This document shows positions 1 to 11,903 of a DNA stretch of 64,000 nucleotides, one piece after another. The notes beneath the pieces are model-generated. The model was not told the DNA's origin. It ran no database searches and worked only from the letters and a program-made list of their open reading frames with translations. Where the stretch lies: contig CM059432.1 in NCBI GenBank assembly GCA_030390025.1, forward strand, positions 28,274,001 through 28,338,000, given 5' to 3'. Numbering within the stretch: position 1 is the first letter of the stretch; each line of letters starts with the position of its first letter. This stretch comes from Squalus acanthias. Taxonomy: Eukaryota. A program made the translations under genes and the position numbers.

Positions 1-1417
1 CCATATATAACGTAAGACCCAGTCCAGCGACTCTCCCCTACATAATGTAGAATCCAGTCCAGACATCGCTCCTATATAATGTAGGACCCAGTCCAGGGGC
101 TCATCCCTATATAATGTAGGATCCAGTCCAGGGGCTCTCCCCTATATAATGTAGGATCCAGTCCAGGGGCTCTCCTCTTTATAATGTAGGACCCAGTCCA
201 GGGGCTCTCCCCTATATAATGTAGAATCCTGTCCAGAGATCTCTCCTATATAATGTAGGAACCAGACCAGGGGCTCTCCCCTATATAATGTAGAACTAAG
301 TCCAGGGGCACTTCCCTATATAATGTAGGATCCAGTCCAGGGGCTCTCCCCTATATAATGTAGAACTAAGTCCAGGGGCACTTCCCTATATAATGTAGGA
401 CCCAGACCAGGGGCACTTCCCTATATAATGTATGACCCAGTCCAGGGGCTCTCCTATATAATGTAGAATCCAGTCCAGAGATCTCTCCTATATAATGTCG
501 GAACCAGACCAGGGGCTCTTTCCAATATAATGTAGGACCCAGTCCAGAGATCCTTCCTATATAATGTAGGAACCCAGTCTTGGGGCTCTCTCCTATATAA
601 TGTCGGATCCATTCCAGGGGCTCTCCCCTATATAATGTAGGACCCCTGTCTCGGAGCTCTCCCCTATATAATGTAGGACCCAGTCAGTGATCTCGCCTGT
701 ATAATGTAGGACCCAGTCCAGAGATCTCTCCCCTATATAATGTAGGTCCCAGTCCACGTGCTCTCCCCTATATAATGTAGGATCCAGTCTAGGGGCTCTC
801 CCCTATATAATGTAGGACCTAGTCAAGGGGCTCTCTCCTATATAATGTAGGACCAATTCCAGGGGCTCTCCCGTATATAATGTAGGACCCAGTCCAAAAA
901 GCACTCCTCTATATAATGTAATACCCAGTACAGATGCTCTTTTCTATATACAGGAAACTTTCGTTTATCCGGCATCAACGGGACCGGCGTGGTGCCGGTT
1001 TATCGAAAGTACCGGATAACGGAGAGATATATCTACCGAGGCTATTTTTAACAAAGAGACTCCAGGCAGCACGGGAGAATCAACTCCTGCTACTGTAGTG
1101 TTTCGGAATTCTGACAGCGCCAGGAGGCCGAGTAGTGGCACTTTTGAAAAGTACCCCTACTGACTAAATCGGCGTTCGTGGACTCGGACTCGGACTCGGG
1201 ATCGGCAACATTGCCGGTTATTTGAGAGGAGTTTTCGGAGCACTCGGCGTTCGCGGAGACTCGACTGCGACTCGGCAACATTGCCGGTTATTTGAGAGGA
1301 GTTTTCGGAGGATGATTTTTGCCGGTTAAGCGAGAATTCCGGATATTTGGGTGCCGGATAAACGAAAGTTTCCTGTAATGTATTATCCAGTCCAGGTGTT
1401 CTCCCCTATATAATGTA
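1..1417. repeat. ~35-bp minisatellite (ctatataatgtaggacccagtccaggggctctccc), interrupted by a MITE
   Basis: About 27 degenerate tandem units over 1-950, resuming briefly after 1377. Confidence 0.92.
951..1375. mobile_element. Non-autonomous Tc1/mariner-superfamily (pogo/Tigger-like) MITE
   Basis: Perfect 24-bp TIR caggaaactttcgtttatccggca, TA on both sides, internal ~39-bp direct repeat. Confidence 0.85.
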
Positions 1418-1536
1418 CTACATTACACCAGTGACTGCACCAAATTAAAAAAGTATGAAAAGTGCTTTGGTACGTTTCTGAGGGGTGATGAAGTCCCATA
1501 TAAATGCAAGTCTTTTCTTTTAAAGATTTATTGTAC

Positions 1537-1734
1537 CTCTGTCAATTGTTAAGTGACTCAACACGAAGCCATCACAGCACTGTTCCATGCCACAGGTCTG
1601 TCTGCAGAAATGATGTACATCTGTTAAGCTCGAACCATCTGCGGAAAAAGCCAATGCCTGGTATACGCCTGTAATCACGTTACGAAAATCTGTCCGTACG
1701 AAGGTCTTTTGGAATGAAGTGGTGAATTCATGAC
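1537..1734 (-). CDS. TG: Thyroglobulin exon (~exon 26)
   Basis: tccag|...|gtacaa, 198 bp, phase 1-1: HEFTTSFQKTFVRTDFRNVITGVYQALAFSADGSSLTDVHHFCRQTCGMEQCCDGFVLSHLTIDR (CCDGFVL as in TG). Confidence 0.94.
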
Positions 1735-2182
1735 CTGGAGAAAATTAAGAACATACATAGAATCATAGAATCTTACAGCACAGAAGGACGTTGTTCGGCC
1801 TATCTTGCCTGTGCCGACTCTTTGAAAGAGCTATCCATTTAGACCCACTCCCCTGCTCTTTCCTCATAGCCCTGCAAATTTTCCTTTTCAAGTATTTATC
1901 CAATTCCCTTTTGGAAGTTACTATTGAATCTGCTTCCACCACCCTTTAAGGCAGTGCATTCTAGATCATAACATAAAATGTATAGATTAAGGTAAGATCA
2001 TTTGACCCATTGTACCTGCGCAATCCTGGGCTCTTCATTATCCATTATAGGGGACGCACACTCTAAGGGGAGATACTTCCTGTTCAGTTGTTTATGAAGG
2101 GAAATTATAATCAGGAATATGCTTGCTATCCTTAAGAAATTTTCAAACTCACTGTCTAATGGAGACCCTCCATTTTCTCTTA

Positions 2183-2790
2183 GAATCATAGAATCATAGA
2201 ATGGTTACAGCACAGAAGTAGGACAGTCGGCCCATCGAGCCCGTGACCTTTCTCTGCAAGAGCACTTCAGCTAGTCCCAATCCCCCGCCCTTTCCCCGTA
2301 GCCCTGCAATTCCTTTTCCTTCAGGTACTTATCCAATTCCCTTTGGAAAGCCATGATTGAATCTACCTCCACCACCCTTTCAGGCAGTGTATTCCAGATC
2401 ATAACCACACGCTGCGTAAAAAATATTTTCCTCATGTCGCCTTTGGTTCTTTTGCCAATCACCTTAAATCTGTGTCCTCTGGTTCTCGACCCTTCTGCCA
2501 ATAGGAACAGTTTTTCTCTATCTACTCCGTCGAGACCCCTCATGATTTTGAACACCTCTATCAAATCTCCTCTCAACTTTCTTTGCTCTAAGGAGAACAA
2601 CCCCAGCTTTTCTAGTCTATCCACATAGCTGAGGTCCCTCATCCCGGGAAACATTCTCGTAAATCTTTTCTGCTCCCTCTCTAAGGCCTTCACATCCTTC
2701 CTAAAGTGCGTTGCCCAGAATTGGACACAAAACTCCAGTTGGGGGCGAACCAGTATTTTATAATGGCTCATCATAACTTCCTTGCTTTTG
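2183..2790 (-). mobile_element. CR1-type LINE 3' fragment
   Basis: ORF 2271-2774 LVRPQLEFCVQFW...LGLFSLEQRKLRGDLIEVFKI (CR1 ORF2 C-terminus); ATTCTATG-type tail. Confidence 0.88.
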
Positions 2791-2809
2791 TACTCTATGC
2801 CGCTACTTA

Positions 2810-3295
2810 TGCTATCCTAACCCACACAAAGTCCCATTTACCCATCACCCCTGTGCTCGCTGACCTACATTGGCTCCCGAGTCACCAACGTCTCCATTTT
2901 GAAATTCTCATCCTCGTGTTCAAATCCCTCCATTGCCTTACCCCTCCCTATCTCTGTAACCTCCTCCAGCCCTACAAACCTCCGACAACTCTGCGTTCCT
3001 CCTACTCTGGCCTTTTGTGCTTTCCCCACCTCCTTTGCCCCAGCATTGATGGCCATGCCTTTAGCCGTCTAGGTCCTAAGCTCTGGAATTCCCTCCCTAA
3101 TCCTATTCACCTTTCCACCACTCTCTCATCCTTTAAGATATTCCTTAAAACCTATCTCTTTGACCAAGTGTTTTGTCACCCATCCTAATATCTCCTTCTT
3201 TGGCTCGATGTCAATTTTTGTCTGATTATGATCCTGTGAATCGCCTTGGGATGTTTCACTATATTAAAGGCACTATATAAATGCAAGTTGTTTTT
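2810..3295 (+). mobile_element. L2-type LINE 3' fragment
   Basis: ITPVLADLHWLP...KLWNSLP...FKIFLKTYLF, L2 ORF2 C-terminus and tail. Confidence 0.85.
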
Positions 3296-3419
3296 CCCAG
3301 GTTCTTAAGACTGGAGTTCCTTACTTTCCTGAATTTTCACTTTCTCTAACTACCTGCAGGCTATTAAATCCTGAGCTTAGTGTCACATAATCACCACTAC
3401 CCAATTTACCTCATGTTCT

Positions 3420-3845
3420 CATTCCAGGGACTTGAGCACAAAATCTAGGCTGACACTCCAGTACAGTGCTGAGGGAGTGCTGCACCGTCGGAGGTGCCGT
3501 CTTTCGGATGAGATGTTAAACTGCTCTCTCAGGTGGACATAAAAGATCCCAAGGCACTATTTCGAAGAAGAGCAGGGGAGTTTTCCCCAGTGTCCTGGCC
3601 AATATTTATCCCTCAATCAACATAACAAAAACAGATTATCTGGTCATTATCACATTGATGTTTGTGGGAGTTTGCTCTGCACAAATTGACTGCCACGTTT
3701 CCCACATTACAACAGTGACTACACGCCAAAAGTACTTCATTGGCTGTAAAGCGCTTTGAGACTCTGGTGGTCGTGAAAGGCGCTATATAAATGTAAGTCT
3801 GTCTGTCTGTCTTTCTTTCTTTCTTTCTTTGTCTTTCTTTCTTTC
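3420..3845 (+). mobile_element. SINE (Deu-domain/SacSINE-like); related copies at ~35795-36245(-), 54490-54890, 60800-61950, 62165-62490
   Basis: Shared core cctggccaatatttatccctca...acagattatctggtcatt and L2-like tail; family name from recall. Confidence 0.7.
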
Positions 3846-4513
3846 TACCTTACCCACTACATCTGAGTAAGCCCTGCACTGTGGGCCTTAGTCCTCCACG
3901 TAGGTCTCAATATTTTACAAAAACTTGTTGTGAGCATTCAGCCAAATGCTTGAAAGACATCCTCTGCCAAAAATAACCAGACTATAGAAAGGACACCTCA
4001 GTTAGTTTTTGACTTCACTTTACCCATGTCCATTTATCTGTTTTTAATATAAACATTCCCATCATAACCACGGAGACCTTGCTTCCACTCTGCTTCCTGA
4101 CAAGAATGTGTTTGTTTGTTTGAAGTTGGTAACAAAAAAAAAACATTCCTAAGTTGGGAATGTTGAAGCGGAGAAGCATTTCCCATGATTCAAATGCTAG
4201 TTGTCCCTTTCTTGTTATTCCAACTACTCATGCATAGACAGCATTAACATTTTTTTTATAACTACTTCAGACAAGCAACTAGATTCTTGCCAAGAAGCCA
4301 AGAGAAAGGAAGTTGTCCATAGCTGGGTGCAGGTCACATGCTCACCACAGAGGGGACACAGGTTGGGAAAAGGAGAGGGGAGAAAACATCTACAAAAAAG
4401 GAGCAGTCTCCTCATTCAAAATAACTAAAACCACTTTCACTGTCTGTTGAAGTTATATTTTGCTTCAACAAGATTGAAGACTACAGAATGGAAGTTATTG
4501 TTGGTGAAATTAA

Positions 4514-6177
4514 TGGGTAAATTCTAAGGCGGCGATTTCGCCAGTCCTGGGGAGGCGGGTATGGAGGCGGGACTGCCGGGAAAATGGCAGAATCTGGGGG
4601 CGCGTACCCATCCCGCCCCCAACCCGCCTCCGTGCCATCTTCCCAGGAGGCGGGTACCCAACCCGCACTGGGAGCCACCTCCTCGAGGCAGGAAGGGGAT
4701 TAGTGCCAATTAACTGCCTGTTAACAGGCAGTTTTTTGGCTAATTCCTATTTTGGCACCTAAAGTGTGGGCTTCCCGACGGCTCCGAACCTCGCCAGGGT
4801 CAGCGAGGCGAGCCGTGGGTCTGCGGAGGTTGGAGGGGCCGAGATGGCAGGTGAGTGATGGGTGCATGTGTGCAGAGGTAAGTGTGTGAGGTGAGTGTTG
4901 AGTGTTTTAAAAGCTTTACTTATCTTTGCTTCTTCCTCCAGGCTTCATCCCTTCAGGTCTCGGGAGTCCTTTATCTCACCGGCAGAGAAATTACTGCATT
5001 TGCAATTTCACCACCACCTCAATTCTCAAATGCATCAGCTTTCTGCTCAGGAAGGCTTTCTAATTGAGTCTTGAGTAAGGACTCAACTTCGAAGACAGAT
5101 TGTCAGGGCTGGATTTTGATACTGGGGATGTGATGGAGGCGGGACTCCCACTTTTTGGGTTGTAGTCCCGCCTCCATCGACCTGTGGCCAACCCACTGTA
5201 TTTTCACTTGATTGACCTTGTTGAGCCCGCCCAGCGAGCTCAGCAGGCCAATTAAGGGCTACCCGGCAACAGGTGACGTCACAGATTGACATTTCATCTG
5301 TCAAGAGCTTTTGACAGATGAAATATCAGCGTTTGACAGCTCTGTGAAGCTGTCAAACACTGACAATCTGTCTTCTAACTTGAGTCCTTCCTCTCAAGCT
5401 GAGTTAGAAATCATTCCAGCACAGAAAACAGAGGCTGCAGTTTTTGACAGGACCACGGCCATTGTGCTTTCTGTGCCGGTGAGATTTCTGACTCCCGAGA
5501 CCTGAAGGGCTGACACCTGCAGGAGGAAGTTAAGGTAAGTAAAACTTTTTCCCACACTTTACACTTACCTTACACACTTACCTCTGCACACATGCACTCA
5601 TCACTCACCTGCCCACCGGACATATCGACCCCTCCAACCCCTGCAGACCCACAGTCCGCCTCACTAACTTGGCGTGGTTAGGACCTGTCGGGAAGCCCAC
5701 ATTTCACGAATCAAAATAGGGATTAGGCAAAAAACTGCCTGTTAACTACCTGTTAACAGGCAGTTTATTGCCACTAATCCCCTTCCCGCCTCGGGGAGGC
5801 GGGTTCCAGCACAGGTCGGGTACCCGCCTCCAGCGAAACTGGCTTGGGGGCGGGATGGGTTCGGGACCCCCGAATCTGCAACTTTAACCCCCCACACGCC
5901 TCCAAACCCGCCTCCACAGGTCAATGAAAATCCAGCCCTCAGTGTTTGACAGCTTCACAGAGCTGTCAAACGATGCCAATTCATCTGTCACAAGCTCTTG
6001 ACAGATGAACCATCACTCGCTGACATCACCAGTAACTGACTTTCCCTTAATTGGCCTGCTAAGCCCGCTGGGTGGGCTTAACAAGGTCAATCAAGGGAAA
6101 ATAGCGTGGGTTGGCTGGACGTCGGACTAAAACCCGACAAGCAGCAGTCTCGCCTCCCCATTGGCAAAATCACCCCC
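4514..6177. mobile_element. Harbinger-like MITE hosting a nested copy of a related element
   Basis: TAA flanks, imperfect GGG..ATTT termini, colinear with the element at 48136-48980 once 5106-5938 is removed. Confidence 0.7.
5106..5938. mobile_element. Harbinger-like MITE (nested)
   Basis: 12-bp TIR gggctggatttt, 3-bp TSD TCA. Confidence 0.85.
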
Positions 6178-7284
6178 TAAGTGTTTTTGTATTTACCATT
6201 TTAACAGAGCTATTAACCCAATTTAAACAGGTTAATATCTCCATTAAAGTAGCAAACAAAGATATTTCATGTGAGCTTGTTGATTGTTTGCTCACGAATA
6301 TCACCAAGGGTAATTTCTAGCCTATCGTCCTGTTGAGGCAAAATGTGGTCCTGCCAGCCATAAAAGTGGCTCTAATTATTATTATGAGGCTGAGATTCCT
6401 TTTTAAAGGCATTTTGTCCCTTCCTCTTTTTCCTTCATACCTTTCGCTCTGCACACTTATTGTAGCGAGTATGTAACTTGCAGCTAGGCCTTTGGAAATG
6501 TCATTCTGAAAATGACCACAATATAATGTTTGGGAGGGTGTAATGGCTTTTCCTACAATTTTCCTTGGGTGGGTGTTCAGCATGTGTCCATACCGTCCCA
6601 CGTGCAATCAGACAAGGAGGATTTTACTGTGTTACATTCTGAACATTTTGAGAACAAGCTCACTTGGTTGCCAACAGAGGTAATATCCAAATTATGTCAT
6701 CTGCCCTATGAGCATGGTTTCTGTCTGGCTGACTGCACAGTGAGCCTTTGTGCTCTGATTAGGAAAGAGAAGCAAAAACCTGTCATCAGTGTTCATTCTG
6801 CACTCTATCAGCACACAACTCCTGGACAACGTTTGGGTTTTCTTTCCACCAAGAAAAGCTGAACCCATTTTCAGGAAATTGAATTGGGGGAGAGTTTATT
6901 CCAAGGGTGAACTCAAGAAAATCAGGTTGGAGGAGGGTAGGATGGTGAAGCGTGTGGGTGGTGAAAGATACAAGAAAATGGTCAGATATGGGCTCGTCTG
7001 TGATTCAGACGTTGGAAGTAGAGAGGCCGAGTGAGATAACATGGTTAAGGGGGTGGTCATGAATATGGATAGGAGAGTTTATATGGAGAGAGAGGTTGAT
7101 GAAGGCAGTGAAATCAGAGAAGAAAGGACAGGTAAGTTGAGATGGAGATGGAAATCACGAAGGATGAAGTCACAGTGCAGAGACTGAGGGTGGAATGGAG
7201 GAAGGATAGCTCTATGAGAAACTCGGAGTGGGGCCGGTAGAGAATAAAGATTTTAAAGGAGGCGAGACGGGTGGAAGAGGTAAG

Positions 7285-8109
7285 GGGCTGGATTTTCTCA
7301 ATGGAGATGAGTTGGAGGCGGGACTGCTGCTTGTCGGGTCTATGTCCCGCCTCCATCATCTTCTGGCCAACCAGTGGGATTTTTCCCTGATTGACCTTGT
7401 TAAGCCCGCCCTGCGGGCTCAGCAGGCCAATTAGGGGGAAGTCACTGACAGGGCTATCTGTCAAGACTTCTTGAAAGAAGAAATGTCAGCATTTGACAGC
7501 TCTGTGAAGCTGTCAAACACTGACATTCTCTGTAGTTTGATGAGCCCTTCTGTTCAGGACTCATCAAACCTTTCAACTTTGTAGATTTCAGATGACTGTT
7601 GGTTCGGAGGATCCAACAGCCAGTCTGTGAAATCAACAAGGAAGATGTCGGGACTCCCGATCTAGAGCGGATGAAGGCTGTAGACAGAAACCAAGGTAAG
7701 TGAACATTTTGTAAACTTAACACTCACCTTACATACTTACCACTCCACACTTGCACCCATCACTCACCTCTACATCTTACTTTCAGGTCCCTTCGACCCC
7801 TGCAGACCTCCTACTCGACTCCTCCAACCCGGTGGGGTTCTCCGAGGTCAGGAAGCCTTCACCTAAAAAGGTAAAATGGGACTAATCCTTTTTTCTGCCT
7901 GTTAACTACCTGTTAACAGGCAGTTAAAAGGATTTAATCCCTTTCCCTCCTCCAGGAGACGGGACCCGAAGCAGCACATCTTCTCACCTCCTGGCAAAAG
8001 GGCATGGCGGTGGGATGGGGGCGCTTTTGCCATCCGCCCCCACTTTCTGCTACTTTACCGGCAGTCCCGCCTCCGTACCCGCCTCCTCGGGGCTGAGAAA
8101 ATCCAGCCC
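7285..8109. mobile_element. Harbinger-like MITE inserted in an L2 fragment
   Basis: 16-bp TIR gggctggattttctca; flanks aag/gag; L2 endonuclease-region remnants on both sides (~6890-8200). Confidence 0.82.
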
Positions 8110-8569
8110 GAGGTGTTCGAAGGAAGTGAAAGTACCAGGGAATTAGGGGGAGAGACCAAGATGCGATTTGGTGATAAGAGCCATCCCGCCTCCACAGCAG
8201 GGCCCAGGCTAATTTCTACCAATGGGTCTTTTCGTTCTTGAAAAGAGAAGACTGAGAAGGGGATATGATAGAAGTGTTTAAAATTATGAAAGGTTGGATC
8301 CAAGTAAGCTTTTCTGCCATTTTGAGCATAAGGCGTCATATTTACAAGTTAAGGACAACATAGGAAATGCAGTAGGAACTTTTTTACTAAAAAGTTGGTA
8401 AGTAAGCAGAACAGATTACCAGAATGGGTGGTGGAACAAGAAGCTTTAATGGGTTTCAGGAAGGAACTAGACAGGTTCTTGTCAAAAAATGGGATTCAGG
8501 GTTATTTGAAATACACCAAAGAAATACTGAGGATAGGTGGGCTAAATGCCTGAAACTGTTAGTATGTAA

Positions 8570-9630
8570 TAGGAAAGCAGAGGAGTAGTGATGGACTGGG
8601 GTAGGGATTAGAGGGCAAACTTCCCAAAGGAGGGGTGGGGGAGAAATAAAAGGTGGCATGGCAGCACGGCAGGAAGAGAAGCGAGACAGGAGAGAAGAGC
8701 GCAAGAGGTCAAGATTTTGAAAAAAAGGAAAATAGAAGTAATGGGCTCTGGTCTGGAGTCAGCTTGGACCAATTCAGAGACAGTTGTGGAGGGTGAGTCA
8801 GTCCAGGAGCTGTTCGAGAGGAAGAGTATTGCTGGAGATTGTCTACTGGAAAATGGAGAGCCGAGGAGGTGTGGGGAGTTGAACATGAGCGAGCAAAGGT
8901 TGATCCAGGAGTCCAGCAGAGGTGCGTAGTGGCCTCGGTGATTAGTAATGCACACTTGTAGATTTGGCATGCTCACAGAGGAGCGAGGAGGAGTGGGAGT
9001 GAAACCCAAGGACTGAGAGCAGTGCAGCCCAGGGAGGCAGGGGAGGGTGAAAGGTAAATCCACAGGAACAGTGCAGATGAGAGAGCCGGTCCAAGGATCA
9101 GCTGTGGGAGCATGCAAGTTTTGGGAGGAGCAGTAGGAGCTTGAGGAAGCGGTCCAACGCAGTCCAGCAAAGGGTGACGGAAGAATTCTGAAGGATGAGT
9201 GGAGTCAGCAGCCAAGGGAAGCAAACGGAAAACGTAAAGCAAAGTTCATCGAGCAGAATCCAGAGGAGGATGGGAACCGGCAGGGAAAGATCAGAAATAT
9301 CTCAGCGCAGAGTGAAAATTTCTCAGTAGAGGAGCGGGAAATGGAGGACGCAGGAGCAGGCCAGGTATTTCAGCAGAGAATATTGTCTCCGCAGGAAGCG
9401 ATAATGGAAGTGGAGGAGAAGGTAGATTTCTGTCCAGGACTCAACACAGCAGCAAAGTAAAGCTGAGAAGCCAGCAGTACCCTGAACTACAGTCCTCAAG
9501 CTCCGCAAGTAACAGCAGCAGGTGGGGAATGGGCACTGTAGGCTGGAACAGGTTACCTTAAAACTTGAAGCGACTAAGTAGCAGAGCAGAGTCATGGCAG
9601 CCGAGTCTATCAGTGTAGTCTAGACAGTGA
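8570..9630 (-). mobile_element. L2-type LINE 5' region fragment
   Basis: MPPFISPP...HYSSAFLL similar to the L2 at 15683-16042; 9560-9620 resembles 21178-21241. Confidence 0.6.
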
Positions 9631-9733
9631 TAATGGTAATTTAATATGGCATAATCCAATCACGGAATTTAGAGAACATCATAAACCATGACAGCAAGGC
9701 CAGTTGGAGAAATCGGACAATTCCAGGCAGAAT

Positions 9734-11518
9734 TGTAGGCTTCACAAAATCCCCCAGAAACTCGAACAGAACCCTAAAGGGGGTGATTTTTGGATTTTTC
9801 ATACAAATTTGGGACGATGGGACCTAAGTGAAGTGATTTGAGGTAAAAACCTCAGTTTTGGACATTTTAAAGATCAGGGAAGAAAAACCCTGAGGAAAAT
9901 GACTTTTGGATCTTACTGTTGGGAAAGACACCTTTCACAGACTCAAGACAGGCTGCGGAGGGGTGGGGCAAGGCAGTGGACAGCTTTTGGATATTGGGGC
10001 CCAGTCAAGCTGTCTGGGAATTGTTTGCACTGCAATCCAACCAAGGAGGAAGAGACAAACCCAAAACCTCACATACACATCCAAATATGAATAATCCAAG
10101 ACCCCTTTTGAAATTCCCAGGCCCAAACAGGATACCAGAAGCCTGAAAACAATAAAACATCTAGTACCCCCATTACTTCATCAAAAACCAATCAACCAAG
10201 TATCTACAGGGACAGATTAACAAGCCCGCCAAAAACTGAAGACAAAAGGGACAAGATTTGGCACGTAGATAAGGCCCTGCCTAAATGGGAGACATCGGAA
10301 GTCATCAGGACAATTTAACACAAGTTAAAGTCATCAAAACTTAACGAGCCCGCCAAAACCTAAGACAATGGAATGAACAGGCCTCAACTGAAACCTAAAT
10401 CACTCCAACACGAAACCGATTTAGTAAAGGGGTTTTGGGCGCGAAAAAGACAAAGGGCCTGCACAGTATAATTGAGGGCCTAATCCCCCAAGAAAGTTAG
10501 TTGCAGCAGGTTCCAGCAAGACACTACAAGCCACATGACACGAGCAGGAGGAGGAGAGAAGCAGCAAGGCCACGAGGCAGACCCGAGGCGAGATCGGAGG
10601 CAGGGACAGACAAGGCCAGGCAAGGGCTAGAACTGAGACCACGAGCTGGGAGCGAGTCGGCATCGCTCAACATACCGTCCAGCTCTAGTAGGTACTAGCC
10701 AAGGCCACTGGAAGCTGGGAGCGAGTCAGCATCGCTCAATCCACGGTCCAGCTCCAGGAGGTACCGCCCCAACAGGCCTCCAACGCAACAAACTAACAAC
10801 CAGAGCCACCAAGGGCTCCACGAGGTGAACCGACACTCGAAAGTCCCGCGGAAACCAAGGCCCCGCGCAACCACCAACCACCAGGCAACCACAACCAAGA
10901 ACCAGACCAACACCAGGGAAAAACCGAAGACACGCAAGTTTACACTCTACAAACTATTCCTGACTTACCCCTGGGTAAGATTTTCCCTTAAAAAACTCTA
11001 AACCCTACTTCTAAGGAAGAAAATCGGGTACTCACCTGATAGAATCCAAAATGCACCTTACCGCATCAGCGGACAGACCCAAACTGACCTGGAGTGCAGC
11101 TGAAGTCTTCCACCACGTCCGGGGTACGGCAGGCCCCAACAACCAAAAACCCCAGTGAACCCCGAAATCGCGAAATACCTCAACTGTCAAGAACTGTCAT
11201 TGGTGAGCATTATCCCTGATCCTTTAAAATTGAAACCTAGCTAAACAGTGAGATTGGGAGGGATAAGGGTTTTTGTATATATCACCCTCGCCTGTACCGT
11301 GTGTTCCCCAACCTGTGTTTTAAGCATCTAAGTGTGTTTTAAGTTTGTTACCTTTTTCTTTTAATAAAGTCAAAATTCTTTCATCGGAACCTGTTGTCTA
11401 CTGCAGCTTTCTTCACAACCCCTAAATAAGTCCAAAGTCTAGAACCAGGGGTGTGGGAGCGATTCGAACCGCTCACTGACTCAGAGGTGAAGGCTGACCC
11501 CACACACCACCCCCTACA
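9734..11518 (+). mobile_element. Long solo LTR-like element (1785 bp)
   Basis: TGTAGG...CCTACA termini, 4-bp TSD GAAT (9730-9733/11519-11522), AATAAA at 11363, no convincing ORF. Confidence 0.75.
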
Positions 11519-11794
11519 GAATATTAATGTGACCATTCCTTGACTGTCCATTGCTAAATATGCATTTATATTCCCTGTTGGTTTGATAGATGCCTTGCCC
11601 CCTATATATCCTGGCAGTATAAGATGACTCACACATTGGTAGTGCATTCTTGAACTTGGTTTTTAGTTCGTGATTGTGTAGATTTTAGGATCATTCAAAG
11701 TCAGGCCCAGAAAATAATAAACTTCCAGCCCATGCAATAAAACATGTCCTCATCTACAAATGGCTCAAATCCATCGAATTCTTGTAACACTCAC

Positions 11795-11903
11795 CCTTCT
11801 TCCTGTAGACGCTCAGATTCTCCGCACCGCTACCGCTGATTTTGAGCTGGCAACTGATCCCTTCATATTTGTCTGTAGCTGAATTCCCCAGGAATCCTTG
11901 ATT
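11795..11903 (-). CDS. TG: Thyroglobulin exon (~exon 25)
   Basis: attag|...|gtgagt, 109 bp, phase 0-1: NQGFLGNSATDKYEGISCQLKISGSGAENLSVYRKK. Confidence 0.92.

Noticed and set aside
1..950. Regular repeats resembling a CRISPR array (also 34574-35686)
   Set aside because: No unique spacers, eukaryotic intron, no cas genes
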